Of a stretch of 64,000 nt of DNA, positions 24,752 through 36,815 are shown in pieces (positions within the stretch are counted from its first letter, which is position 1; every line of letters begins with the position of its first letter). The notes under the pieces are model-generated. The model searched no databases and had not been told where the DNA came from. It saw only the letters and a list, made by a program, of their open reading frames with translations. The stretch comes from Sphyrna mokarran. Taxonomy: Eukaryota. The stretch lies in the NCBI GenBank assembly GCA_024679065.1, contig JAGIQG010000040.1, forward strand, positions 10,478,001 through 10,542,000. The letters are read 5' to 3'. The position numbers and the translations under genes are program-made.

Positions 24752-26117
24752 ACAAAGAACAAAGAACAAAACAGCACGGGAAACAGGCCCTTCGGCCCAA
24801 CGAGCCCGTGCCGTCACCCCGATGTTCCCACCTCTACCCGTGATCCCTGTCTATGTTTATAGATCTATGGATTAAAAACCAAATTTGAGACAATTTAGGG
24901 AGAATTTGTTTTGCCAATTAGCCTAAGAGCACATCTTTGGGATGTGGGAGGAAACTGGAGCACCCGGAGAAAAACCCACGCAAGCACAGGGAGAATGCGC
25001 AAACTCCCACAGACACAGGCCCAAATCCATGTATCTGCACAGCACAGCGATAGTCACTGAGCTGTCGTGTTGCCCATCAAATGGTCCAGGTCAAACGTAC
25101 ACTAATGACGTGAAGCACTAGGATACTCTCGAAAAAAATCCAAGAGCAGCCCTCTCACGACCCATTGCTCTATGCCCCTCGTTACACAACAAGGTGGACA
25201 AAGCACATATAGGATAAAAACAAGTACATCAATATCATTATCTATATTCACACTTCCCAAGATTCATAATCCCTATTTTAAATCAGTTTTCTATACCCTT
25301 CCATTCCCATTCTGTTCATGTGCCCATCTAAGTATTTCTTAAATAACTCCAGAGTGCCTGCCTCCACCACTTTACTTGGCAGCGCATTCCATATCCCCAT
25401 CACCCTCTGTGTGAAAAAACTCCCTCCAGTATCCAAATTATTCCTTACCCCTCTCACCCTAAGCCCAGGACCCCTCGTGCTATTCGAGTCCTTCCTAGGG
25501 AAAAGCTTAACCCTGTCTACTCTACCTATACCCCTCATAATCTTGTACACCTCTATTAGATCTCCTCTAAGTCTACGATTTTCCAAGGAAAACAGTCCCA
25601 ATTTGCCTAACCTCTCCTCGTAACTCAGGCCTTCCATACCACGCAGCATCCTGGTAAACCTCCTCTGCACTCTCTCCAGAGTCTCCACGTCCTTCCGGTA
25701 GTAAGGCGACCAGAACTGGACGCAGTATTCCAAATGAGGTCTAACCAACGTTTTATACAACTGCAACATTAAAAGGCCAGCTCTTGTACTCTATACCCCT
25801 TCCTATAAAGGCTAGCATACCATATGCTTTCTTCACAACCTTCTCCACTTGCTCTGCCACCTTCAGAGACTTGTTCACCTGCACCCCCAGGTCCCTCTGC
25901 GTTTCTGTACTCTTAATAGGTCTACCCTTTATCATATACCTCCCCCCCACACATTCTTTCTCCTGAAATGCATCACCTTGCATTTACCAGGATTAAATTC
26001 CATCTGCCATCTGTCTGCCCAAGCTATCAGCCTATCTATGTCCTGCTGCATCGCCTGACAGTGCCCCTCACTATCCGCAAGTCCAGCCATCTTTGTATCG
26101 TCTGCAAACTTGCTGAT
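24752..26117 (-). mobile_element. 5'-truncated CR1-clade LINE with long 3' UTR (includes HE1-like core) and (ttctttg)n tail
   Basis: ORFs 25278-25769, 25753-25983 and 25932-26126 (FADDTK, RPHLEYCVQFWSP). Tail acaaagaacaaagaac at 24752. Confidence 0.92.
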
Positions 26118-26200
26118 CACAATCATATAACATTGGCTCTTACTTGGGCCTCAAAATACATTCAGAAAAAGACAAAAGTGCTGAAAATTCACGACAAAAA

Positions 26201-26300
26201 NNNNNNNNNNNNNNNNNNNNNNNNNNNNNNNNNNNNNNNNNNNNNNNNNNNNNNNNNNNNNNNNNNNNNNNNNNNNNNNNNNNNNNNNNNNNNNNNNNNN
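26201..26300. other. Assembly gap (100 N; probably an unsized scaffold join)
   Basis: Exactly 100 n characters. Confidence 1.
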
Positions 26301-27239
26301 CTCAGATAATGGAGCTTCTTTGTCCGCTTATTTGAAATAAGAAAGCTTATGGTATCAAATCCTAATGGTTAACATTTGGGTTCAGTATCTCAAATGTCTA
26401 TTTGATGTGTAGAAACCTTGGGAGTTCTCACTGGGGCTGGTGACTATCAGTATATTTTGGTTAAAGAAAGTGTTTGTTGGTTTTTGTAGTGGTTGCCAGA
26501 GCTTGGAACACAGTGAATTAAAAGGACACATAGTGACACACAATCTTAAACTAATACAGAAATTATGAAGTTATTTCAGATCTGAAATCCAAAGAAGGTG
26601 GACATTAAATCAGTGTAAAAAAGCTGAAACAGCAGGAAACACATATAAATACAATAGAATACCTTCAATTAATAAAAGTTCAAAACTAATGAATCAGAAT
26701 AACTTCTGAACTATAAAAATTAAACTGAAACCTTTAGTTTTTCAAACTAAATATAATTATAGAGTGTGAAGGAAAGTGAGTGCTTCTTTTAAGATATTAC
26801 AAGATAAAAGTTTAAACTAATTTACGACACAGTGCTGAAGTTTGAACCTTCACAGCTGATTTCTTCACACAATATGGCCTGAAACTCAAATATAACTGTT
26901 ATTGTCAATGGATGATGAGTTCACAGTTCCAGATCTTAGCTCATCCAGAGTTGATGGGATCCACAGGACTCTGTAATTAAAGTATAAAAGTGTAAATTTA
27001 CATTGGTCCACAGTCACGTGATATATTACACTTGTCAAATGAAAATGCAATTACAGACAAAACCAGTGACATGATACTAATATATTATAATGAAGCACAA
27101 TTTGACATCAGGTTAATTGATTAATAAGCTTCAATTATGAGATCATTACACATGACTAAGCTACAAACGACTAAACATGAGCATTCCTGCAGTCGAACAA
27201 CAGGCTAAGACAGTCACACATCTCAGTGCTAATGTTTTC

Positions 27240-27890
27240 ACAGGAACAAGGAGTAGGATTCGACTATTTGACCCCTTGAGTCTGCTCCATCATTTAATCA
27301 GATCACGGCTGATCTGATTATAACTTTAAATCTACATCCTGCCTACCCCCAATCATCTATTGCCAAGAACCTATCCTATAACAGCATTAAAAATATTCAA
27401 AGATTCTGCTCCCACCGCTTTTTCTGAAGAGCATTCCAGATGACTGTCTGAAAGAAGATATTTCACCTCCTCTGTTTTAAATGTGTGAACTTTTTTTTTA
27501 AACAGGAACCTCTATCTCTGGATTCTCACACAAGAAGAAACATCCTCTCCACACCAATCTGTCAAGACCCTTCAGAATCTTCAATGTTTTGATCAAATTT
27601 CTCTCACTCTTCTAAACACCAGCAGACACAAGTCGAGCCTATTCAAGTTTTACCCATAGTCCAATATTTCTGGCATTAGTCTGGTCAATTGACTGCTTCC
27701 AATGCATTTACATCCTTGCTTAAACAAGATGACCAATACTGTACACAATACTTCAGATCTGGTCTCACTGGTGCTCTGGGTAACTGAAGCATAACCTCCA
27801 TATTTATGTAACCAATTCCCCTCAAATGATAGCTTTCCTAATTACTTGCTTTAGCTGCTTATTAGCTTTTTGTGATTCATGCAAAGAACA
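27240..27890 (-). mobile_element. Old CR1/L2-type LINE 3' fragment
   Basis: acaggaacaaggagtagg...gacccttgag 3' end and degenerate ORF2 3' sequence. Confidence 0.55.
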
Positions 27891-27899
27891 GCAAGGAAG

Positions 27900-28152
27900 C
27901 CAGGTTCGATTCCCGGTTTGGGTCACTAGCTATATAGAATTTGTGCATTCTCCCTGTGTCTGCGTGGGTTTGCTCCGGGAGCTCTGGTTTCCTTCCACAG
28001 TTTGAAAGACGTGCTGGTTAGGATGCATTGGTCATGCTAAATTCTTGAATGGACCTGAACAGGCACGGAATGTGGCAACTGGGGGATTTTCACTGTGATT
28101 TCATTGCAGTGTTAATGTAAGCCGACATATTAGTGACACTAATAAATAAACT
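27900..28152 (+). mobile_element. HE1-like SINE
   Basis: ggttcgattcccgg B box, tctgcgtgggtttgctccgg core, actaataaataaac tail. Confidence 0.8.
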
Positions 28153-28359
28153 TAAACTGCAGGTCTAGGTGCCACTGTGACAATGCACCCTTTTGTTTAA
28201 ACACTCTGCAATGCTGAGACTGGGGAGAGGAGTGAACAACAGGGAGCAGCATTGCAGCTTCTCTCCCCACATTGAAACTGGGATTGTTGCTCCATCTGCT
28301 GCACCATCCCCACCACATCCACTGGGGGCTAATCTGGACAATAGGCTGCAGGCAGGACT

Positions 28360-28975
28360 TCACTGCGCCTGCGCTGCAATCAAGCCCGCCGCCGCGGCCA
28401 TCTTGCATTGCCAGGGGATACGGTCAGCGGCCATTTTGCGTTGCCAGGGAGACGGCGTCCCACGCGCTGCACTCTGGGGGAATTCCACTGCCGCACATGC
28501 GCCCAGGCAGTTACATTTTAATCTTTTAATATTTTGAATCTTGATGATTATTTTTCACATCCTCACCCGACAGACTTTCGGTTCCTTCTCCATTCGGGAA
28601 TATCGTTTCTTTTTTTTAATTACGTCTCTTTTTAAAACAATCACAAAGCGCGGTGTACGCTGGGAAAATACTACAGCACATGCGCAGTTCCACTACTTGC
28701 CTCTTTATAAAAATATGTATTTTGTTTAATTTTAATTCCGCTCCCGGTGGGATTTCCGGGTGGGAATTTCTCTCACTTTCTACATTTCTGAACCGTCCTT
28801 TTTTCCTCGACCGGGGGGGGGAGGGGTTGATGGTGACGTCACGACAATATGGCTACTGTTCCCTCCTCTCTATAGGCCCCGTATGTTCCGCCAACGAGCA
28901 GCAATTCGGCCGAAGCGGGCAAGAGTTGACACTGGGCGGAGCAGTGCCCGGGCGTGTCACAACGACGACTGATGG
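28360..28975. promoter_or_regulatory. CpG-rich promoter-like island
   Basis: YY1-type cggccatcttg (28395) and cggccattttg (28428). Two gcacatgcgc motifs (~28493, ~28677). Full CRE tgacgtca (28834-28841). GC box gggcgg. Locally high CpG. Confidence 0.5.
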
Positions 28976-29439
28976 TCAGGAAGGGAAATAGCAGCAGCAC
29001 CGTGTCTGCCCAAAGGCTTCCCCAGTTCAGCTGCTCAGAGACACTGGGAACCTCTTCAACTGGAAACTTCAGCTTCTTACATTCACCTCGATCCACTTGT
29101 CTACCCCTCCATCCATCTCACCCTCCCTCCTTCTTTCCATCCATCTCTCTCTCTCCCATCCACACATCCTTCTCTGCAATAAAACCATTCATTCGGAACA
29201 GCTGCTTCAATCTCATTACCTCAGTCTGTCTTCCAGTCTGTGTCAAATCGCTCTGTTCCCAGATACTTTATACATTAGATATTACTATTCAAATATTATA
29301 ATCTTTCTAATTCTGTATTTGTTCAAAGATCACAGACAACAGAGAAATCATCAATTGTACCCCCATTCTGAGCTATGAAAATTTATACATTTTCTCATTT
29401 CACAAACTTTTGATTTACTTCTGTTATGATTTTAGTGAT

Positions 29440-30330
29440 GACGTGGCGATGCCGGCATTGTACTGGGCTAAACATAGTCAGAAGTCTCACAACACCGGGT
29501 TAAAGTCCAACAGGTATATTTGGTAGCAAAAGCTTTTGGAGTACTGCCTTCGTCAGATAAGTGAGAGTTCCATTCATAAACAGGGCATATAAAATACAAG
29601 CTCAATTTGCAAAATAATGGTTGGAATGCGAGTCTTTACGGGTAATCAAGTGTTAAAGGTACAGTCTCACATAGAGCACCATCCACCCAGTACACGGTGC
29701 ATATCCTTGCAACTTGGCCAACGTTGTCTACCTGAAATGCTGCAGGAAAGGATGTCCAGAGCATGGTACATTGGAGAGACCATGCAGATACTACCACAAC
29801 GGTTGAATGAAAACCAGTCGACAATCATGAGGCAAGAGTATTCTCTTCCTGTTGGGGAACACTTCAGCGGTCACGGGCAATCGGCCTCTGATCTTCAGTA
29901 CACTTTGTCCAAGGCAGCCTTCACCACACACGACAGTACAGAATCACTGAGCACAGACTGATAGCCAAATTCTAAACACATGAGAACGCCTGAACCGGGA
30001 TCTTGGGTTCACGTCACGCTAACTGAAACCCCCATGACTTTCCTTGTTCTTGCCAAATCTCACTTACTGTCTCGGCTAGAGACAACGCACATCTCTTTAA
30101 ACTTGCTGAACCCTCTCCGAACTCACATTATCTGTATGTTTAAGACCTGATAACCTACAAAAATTTGCATTCCAGCCATTATTTTGTAAATTGAGTTTCT
30201 GTCATTATATGCCCTGCTTGTGAACAGAACTCCCACTCACCCGAGGAAGGAGAACCTCTCTTAAAACTTGTGGCTTTTGCTACCAAATAAACCTGTTGGA
30301 ATTTAGCCTGGTGTTGTGAGAGTTCTTATA
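29440..30330 (+). mobile_element. Penelope-like element remnant with GIY-YIG endonuclease fragment and inverted arms
   Basis: ORF 29617-29961 contains AWYIGETMQILPQRLNE...LPVGEHF. Ends 29478-29530 and 30278-30328 are reverse-complementary. Confidence 0.75.
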
Positions 30331-30399
30331 TTATTTTAGTTTGCAGCAGGTGGATTAGAGAATAACATCAACTGGTCATTGTCTCAGTTTATCTCTTTG

Positions 30400-30640
30400 T
30401 TTGTGAGAGTGTGTGTGATAGTTGTATGTCTGCGTGTGTCACTGCTTGTGTTTGTGTAAGTCTATGTTTTTGTGTGCATGTCTGTGTGTGTTCGTGAATG
30501 TGATTGTGTGTGCCAGTTTGTCTACAGCTATTTGTTTGAGATTGTGTATATCTGTATATGTTTGTGTGTGTGTGCCTGTGAGTTTTCCTGTGTCGGTTTG
30601 AGAGTGCATATCTGTGAATGTGTTCGTGTGTGTATGTCTT
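30400..30640. repeat. Degenerate TG-rich simple repeat
   Basis: Direct inspection. Confidence 0.8.
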
Positions 30641-30779
30641 CGAGTTCACTGTCACTGTTCCTGAGATTGGTATAGATTATGTGAATAGGTTCATCTGCAT
30701 TAAATTATATTAAAATAAATACAATAGGAATAAGAAAAAAAAACACAATCCTCCAATACAATCCTTCATTTGTCTGAAG

Positions 30780-32740
30780 ATATCCCCGTGATTCATATAT
30801 CTAAAGCCCTTCCTCAAACACCCGGTCTTTAGCCACAGATTCAATTATACTATCTCCCTTTTGCAAGCCTTACTAGCAAGTAGCATGGAGAATAATCCTG
30901 AGATTACTATCCCAGAGGTCCTGCTCTGTCTAACTCCCTGAGTTGTCTTCACAGGCCCTCTTCCCCTTTCATTCTTTCCCCTTTCCCCTCTGTCATTAAT
31001 GCCAATGTGGACAATGACATCTATCTGTTCACATTCCCGTTTCAGGATGCCCTGTACCTGCTCAGAGACACCCAGGATTCTGAAACCATTGAGACCACAC
31101 AACATCCTAGAATGTCGTTCGCTGCCATGAAAACGCATGTCTATGCTCCTGACTATCGAGTTCTTCTACGACTTTCATTCACTTGGACCTAGCTCGATCC
31201 TTCTCTACAGTAGAACTAGTCATGGTGCCAGAAGTCTGGCTGCTGCTGGTATTTTCCCCTGAGAGGCTATTTCCCCTCCCCCAACATTATCCAAAACAGT
31301 ATATCTGCATGAGAGGGAATTGTCACAAAACTGCTGCAATACATGCCTGTCTATCCTGGCAGTCACTCTTCTATCTATCTGGATGTGGACTTGTGGTGTG
31401 ACACCTTCTTGAAGCTAGTTCTATCACACTCACTTCTCCCTGTATGTTCGGCAGCCATAGAGTCATAGAGGTTTACAGCATAGAAACAGGCCCTTTGGCC
31501 CAATTTATCCATGTCACCCTTTTATTAAACACTAAGCTAGGCCCACTTGTCATGTTTGGTCCATATCCCTCCATACTCATTTTACCCATGTAACTGTCCA
31601 AAATATTTTTAAAAATACAAAGTTGTACCCGCCTCTACTACTACCCTTGGTAGCTTGTTCCAGACACTCACCACCCTCTGTATGAATAAATTGTCCTTCT
31701 GGAACATCTTGTAACTCTCCCCTCTCAGCTCAAATTTACACACTTTAGTTTTAGACTCCCCTACGTTTTGGAAAAAATTTTGCCCATCAAACTGATCTAT
31801 GCCCCTCATTATTGTATCGACCCCTTTAGGCGACATTCACCCCTATAAGATCACCGCTCAATCTTATACAGTCCAGGGGAAAAAAAGCCAACCTTTCCTT
31901 ATAACTCAAACCATTAAGTCCCGGTAGCATCCTAATAAATCTTTTCTGCATTCTTTCTAGTTTAATAATATCCTTTCTATAATAGGATGATCAGAATTGC
32001 ACATAGTACTCCAGGTGTGGCCTTACCAATGTCTTGTGCAACTTCAACACGAAGTCCCAACTCTTGTATTCAGGTTCTAATGATTAAACGAAACATACTG
32101 AATGCCTTCTTTACCACTCTGTCCACCTGTGACTCCACGTTCAATGAGCTACGAACCCGCTACCGCTAGATCTTTTTGTTCTATAACTCTGCACAACACC
32201 CTGCCATTAAATGAGTAAGTTCTGTCCTGGTTTGATTGACCAAAATGGATCACCTCGCATTTATCTAAATAAAACTCCATCTTCCGTTCATCAGTCCACT
32301 AGCCCAATTGATAAAGATCCCGTTGCAATCCGTGATAACCTTCTTCACTGTCCACTATGTCACCAATCTTGGTGTCATCTATAATCTTACTAACCATGCC
32401 TCTAAATTTCTCATCCAAATTATTAATAAAAATGACAAATAACAGTGTACCCAGCACCGATCCATGAGGCACACTGCTCTTCACTGTCCTCCAGTTTGAA
32501 AAACAACTCTCTAGAACCACCCTCTGGCTTCTGTCATCAAGCCAATTTTGTATCCATTTGGCTCCCTCACCCTGGATCCAGTGAGATTGTTTCCAGCCGC
32601 TGCTCCAACAGGACCCTGCGGTCTGTGAAGAAGTGCAGATGATCACACTTCCCACAAACAGTTACCAGGGATACTAGAAAGTTCCCTAATCTCCCACACC
32701 TAGCAGGAGGAGCATATCACAGCCCTGACTGCCATCTCTA
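30780..32740 (-). mobile_element. Mosaic of CR1 LINE fragments (ORF1 esterase remnant interrupted by an ORF2 3' fragment at ~31455-32585)
   Basis: VIVHIGIND (ORF 30845 -), VPHGSVLG..DDTKIG (ORF 32299 -), (ctctatga)-type tail near 31455. Confidence 0.8.
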
Positions 32741-33040
32741 CACTTGGACACGGAAATAAAAGAAGTTTCCTTACTTTTGACAAAGAGGGACAATCACAAA
32801 CCCTGAGAGACAACACCCAGAGGAGTGACGGGATCAGATTTTGGGGTTGGGAGCTCCGAGTCAGTGATAACTGTGGAGCCTCGACTGAATCTTCCCAGCT
32901 TTCTGTCACCTTTCCATTCTCGAGTTTTATTTTAAACAATGGGCGTGGCCTAAATTAACAATGTCCAGGCCTGAGGTATTTCAGTTCAGTTCTGAGATCC
33001 AGTGTCCCAGAGCAGCCAGACTCTGCAGTCTCCAGCTCCC

Positions 33041-33051
33041 CGTCACATAAA
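33041..33051 (+). promoter_or_regulatory. Candidate V-segment promoter core (half-CRE CGTCA plus TATA-like CATAAA)
   Basis: cgtcacataaa lies 25-35 nt upstream of the leader ATG. GC box gggcgtggcc at 32941. No Ig octamer seen in the ~300 nt upstream. Confidence 0.45.
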
Positions 33052-33075
33052 CCATCAGCTCCGGGCAGCAGAGAG

Positions 33076-33118
33076 ATGGGAATCCTTCTTGTTTTCACTC
33101 TGTGTGCCTGTTTACCCC
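33076..33118 (+). CDS. Leader exon of the NAR-type V segment
   Basis: ATG at 33076, hydrophobic MGILLVFTLCACLP, phase-1 donor c|gtgagt. 148-nt intron to the V exon. Confidence 0.92.
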
Positions 33119-33266
33119 GTGAGTATCGATCAAACTAACCCACATTGTGTGGATTGGATATAAAGCTGTCCCAGCCCATCCCAATTACAGACACTGTTTG
33201 GGGTTTTAGCCCCGTTGTGTGGTTCGGATCTGATGGTCCATTAAACTCTCTGTGTTTAATTTCCAG

Positions 33267-33556
33267 GATCTTTCAGCCAGTCGGTGGTACAGAGCCCAGA
33301 AGCGGTGACCAAGAAGGAGTGTCAGTCTCTCACCATCAACTGTGTTTTCTATGGCGGATTCTTTGCTCGCCCTTTGGTTAACGGCGAGTTCTTCAAACAA
33401 ACCCAGCCCGGGAAGGAGTGGGAGCCGATCCCCAGCGGAGGGAGATTTATTGTTTCTGTGAACGAAGCAGGAAAGACATTTTCGCTGGAAATTCGGGATG
33501 TGAGAGTTGAAGACGCCGCCACCTATTACTGTAAAGCTCATTATAAATACAAGACA
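33267..33556 (+). CDS. NAR-type (IgNAR-like) V segment of a NAR-TCR chain
   Basis: Acceptor ttccag|, in frame with the leader: SFSQSVVQSPEAVTKKECQSLTINCVF...PSGGRFIVSVNEAGKTFSLEIRDVRVEDAATYYCK. Short FR2/CDR2 typical of VNAR. Extra FR1 Cys. Followed by an RSS. Confidence 0.93.
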
Positions 33557-33595
33557 CACAGTGATGGGCCTCGGCTTCCCGCGATACAAAAAACT
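33557..33595 (+). other. 23-type RSS of the NAR V
   Basis: CACAGTG (33557-33563), 22/23-nt spacer, ACAAAAAAC/CAAAAAACT (33586-33595). Confidence 0.93.
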
Positions 33596-33956
33596 CTCGC
33601 TGCAGATTCTCACAGAACCAAAGCAAAAACCGGAGTTTATCTACCCTGAACAATCCCCCCACCCCCCACTACCCCTCCCACCTGCCAATTCCCACAATTG
33701 TACCTCACACTCTCGGTGCCACAGTTTATTTTTAATAAGACCTGATTATCACCGTTGACATGTTGAGTTTTATAAATACGGAGTGTGAGTGGATGGGGCT
33801 GTCATTCCCGGGAGTGCTGTCGGTGAATTGAGAATGGAAATGACTGATCCCAGTTACAAACCCTGACCCCAGATGGGATCCTCGGCTCACAGCCGGAACT
33901 GGGAGCCACTTTCCGCGCTGTTTAATTCATGTTCCAACATCCCACCCAGTCCCCGA

Positions 33957-34028
33957 GGTTTTGATGCTGAATTGTAACACTGTGGAACTATTGGGACCAT
34001 CACGATGGAAAGAAGCTGAACAAATACC
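33957..34028 (+). other. D segment (33985-34000, GAACTATTGGGACCAT) flanked by 12/12 RSSs
   Basis: 5' side: GGTTTTGAT-12-CACTGTG (33957-33984). 3' side: CACGATG-12-ACAAATACC (34001-34028). Confidence 0.92.
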
Positions 34029-34339
34029 TGTACATAATTAAACATAAGTGCTCAGTACCCAGAGAGTGAATCATTGGTTTGATGATATTATCGCTGTGAT
34101 CGGGATTATTTCTAATGTAATCTCCACCATTCACATCTTTCCTTGATTTTTTTTGCTATATATAAAGTGAATATTTCCTTCCTGCGGCCATTTACTTAGA
34201 GCTAAGGCCTCAGAAAATTACAATTTGAACCGACAGAGACGTTAAAACCTTGAATATTATTTATTGATTTTAAATCCCCCGAATAATTGGACACTTCCGA
34301 ATGTGTGGTGATGGTTTTCCGGCAGATTGAGATATCGGT

Positions 34340-34436
34340 GGTTTTTGTACCGGGGAAATTGAAGGCGGAGTCACTGTGTATGAATGGAAAAATGCTGATG
34401 CGGATGGACCCGGGACGGTGGTGACTGTCACAGCCG
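34340..34436 (+). CDS. NAR-type J segment (coding 34379-34436) with 23-RSS
   Basis: Consensus GGTTTTTGT-23-CACTGTG (34340-34378). Encodes YEWKNADADGPGTVVTVTA. Phase-1 donor g|gtatgt. Confidence 0.93.
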
Positions 34437-35170
34437 GTATGTGACTACAAATCCCCTCTTGTTACAGTCTGTCTCGTTTAATGCCCCCCTTAACTTTATC
34501 ATTGTGATCGGTCTCGTTACAATCCCATCCAATCTTCCTGTGGAAAATCATCTCTAACAGATTACGAGTTGAGAGCAGGGTGGGATTCTGGAACCGGCTC
34601 CATTTCAGTCTCGGGGAAAGTCTGTTTGAGAGCTGATGGAGTCGGCGGTCAGTGGGATAGGGATAGTGGGACAAGACTTCGAGGGGAGAGGGGTGCGGGG
34701 GCGGAGTGGCTTCAGGGGAGAGGGTGGTGAGGCACGGGGTGGGGGTGCCAGTGTTAGGTGTAATATGGGAGTTGAGAATCTGGATGATTATCGGTTTAAG
34801 GGGCATCTAGAACTCTGACACCTCTGACAGCTTTTAACACACTCAACACTCGGGAATCCACTCTGGATGTTAACTGTGACTGAGGGAGATCTGGCTGTCG
34901 CTTCCAGCCCGATAACAGGAGCACAAAGCTCTCTCTCCTGGGCAGTAGATTACAGTCCTAGCCCTGGAATGTCAAGGAAATACCGGCTGACTGAGATCAG
35001 TGTCACTGCGGCCGGTTTATTTAACCGCAGCGACTCATTCAATACCTGAACCAGGAGACAAAAAAAGGAAAATGACACAACGGACCACAGGTGGGAATGA
35101 ACTGATTGTTGGCCCGGAGGAAAGTTGTAACAGAGAAATCAATGACTGAATTTACTGACATTTGTATAAA

Positions 35171-36177
35171 ATTAATCGACAGGGAGAGATAGGTCGGATT
35201 ATCTCTGGAGAATGCTAAAAATATAATTATCACGATTTGATAATGAGACTTGTGGAAGTTCGGAGTGAAATGGACTCCTGTGGGGAATACTGTGTAAAAT
35301 TTGGTCTTCTTTGTTATAGAAAGGTCTACATACATTGGAGGGAATTTACATTGCCTCCGTTTAATTTTGTTTTCTTATTTCCCACCGCTAGTGGTTAGTT
35401 CTGGAGCATAGATCTTCAGTAATTTTGCCAGGATATTTTCAGGGTCCATAGATTTTGCAGAATTCAGTACCTTCAGCCGGTGCTGAGTTTTGTGAATTAA
35501 TTAAACTGGATAAAGACTAACATCACTGATGTTGGGGATCTCTGGAGGAATTCCAGATGGATCATCCAAAGGATTCCTGTGGAGGAAGAATATTGGCACT
35601 GATGTAGCTTTATCTTCAGCAGACTGACAACTCACTTATAGGGATACGGCTGGGATTGCTCCTGAAGTCTTCATTGAACAAGTGTTACTCTCTTGTTCGC
35701 TAATGTCAATGCAGGGGACATGCTGGGTCATGAGGTTACAGATTATGTCTGAGTACAATTTTGCTATGCATGGCCCACAGTGCCTCAGGTTGCCAAGCAT
35801 CATGTTGCTAAATCTGCTGGAAATCTGATCTGAAGGCGATGCCACACTACAAGATGGAGTGTAGATCAATGTGAAGTTAGGACTGAGAGAGGGGGATGAG
35901 GTGGAAGTCGTTGAGGGAGAACAGGAGAATAGCAAAGAATTGTGAAGAGAATTTCTTTGAACAAGCAATACATGATTAATCGACAGGGAGTGACAGACTG
36001 GATTATCTCTGGAGAATGCTAAAAATATAATTATCGCGATTTCATAATGAGACTTGTGGAAGTTCGGAGTGAAATGGACTCCTGTCGGGAATACTGTGTA
36101 AAATTTGGTCTTCTTTGTTATACATACATACATACATATATATACATATCTACATACATTGAAGGGAATTTACATTG
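35171..36177. repeat. ~180-bp direct duplication (35171-35353 and 35975-36177)
   Basis: Both copies read attaatcgacagggag...gagacttgtggaagttcggagtgaaatggactcctg...ggaatttacattg. Confidence 0.9.
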
Positions 36178-36815
36178 TCTTTTGTGAAGAGATTGAAGAC
36201 CCAGATTTTAATTTGAGGTTAGAGGAATTAGGAGTGATCTCATTAGAATTTATCACATTCTCAAAGGACTGGACAAAGCAAATTTTAGGTGTTTGTTTTT
36301 TTTTCCTAGGCGGGTGAGTCTATAACTTGAGGTCACATTTTCAGATTAACAGTTCAGTCAGTTGGATTAAGAAGAGGAGAAATTTCTTCAGTCAAAGCCA
36401 TTGTGGTGAATCTGAGAATTCTGTACAGCAAAGAGCAGTGGTAGTCAGTGTTAAACACATTCAAGGCAGCGTTTGTGATATATCTGTACCGTGAAATAGT
36501 CAGGGGGAATGGGTCAACGCAGGAATTTCTTGTTGAGGCAGAAGATAAACTGCAACATTACTGATCGATGGCGCAGCTTTGAAATGTGAAACGGCCGCTC
36601 TTGCTTCTATTAGTTGGAAATTTTGCTTCGATTTCTGCATTTCTCAAGAAATCAATCCGCAACAATGTCTGGGGTCTCTTTACATCTAGATATTAGAGAA
36701 CAGTGAAGAGGATTCATGGAAATGGTTCATGTAATGAACATGTTAATGAGATGGATGTCACCAAATTATTTATTTTTGGGTGTGTCTGGAGCAAGGGGCT
36801 ATTAATATCTGATAG

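Larger units (their letters stand above)
23343..24754. repeat. Inverted segmental duplication, arm B (partner 8156-9390)
   Basis: Reverse-complement match to 8156-9390, with an extra AT-rich stretch at ~24130-24310. Confidence 0.92.

Noticed and set aside
33267-34436. Interpretation as an IgNAR antibody cluster
   Set aside because: There is a single D, no Ig C exons follow, and the downstream elements are a leaderless V and a TCR alpha/delta-type C and TM.
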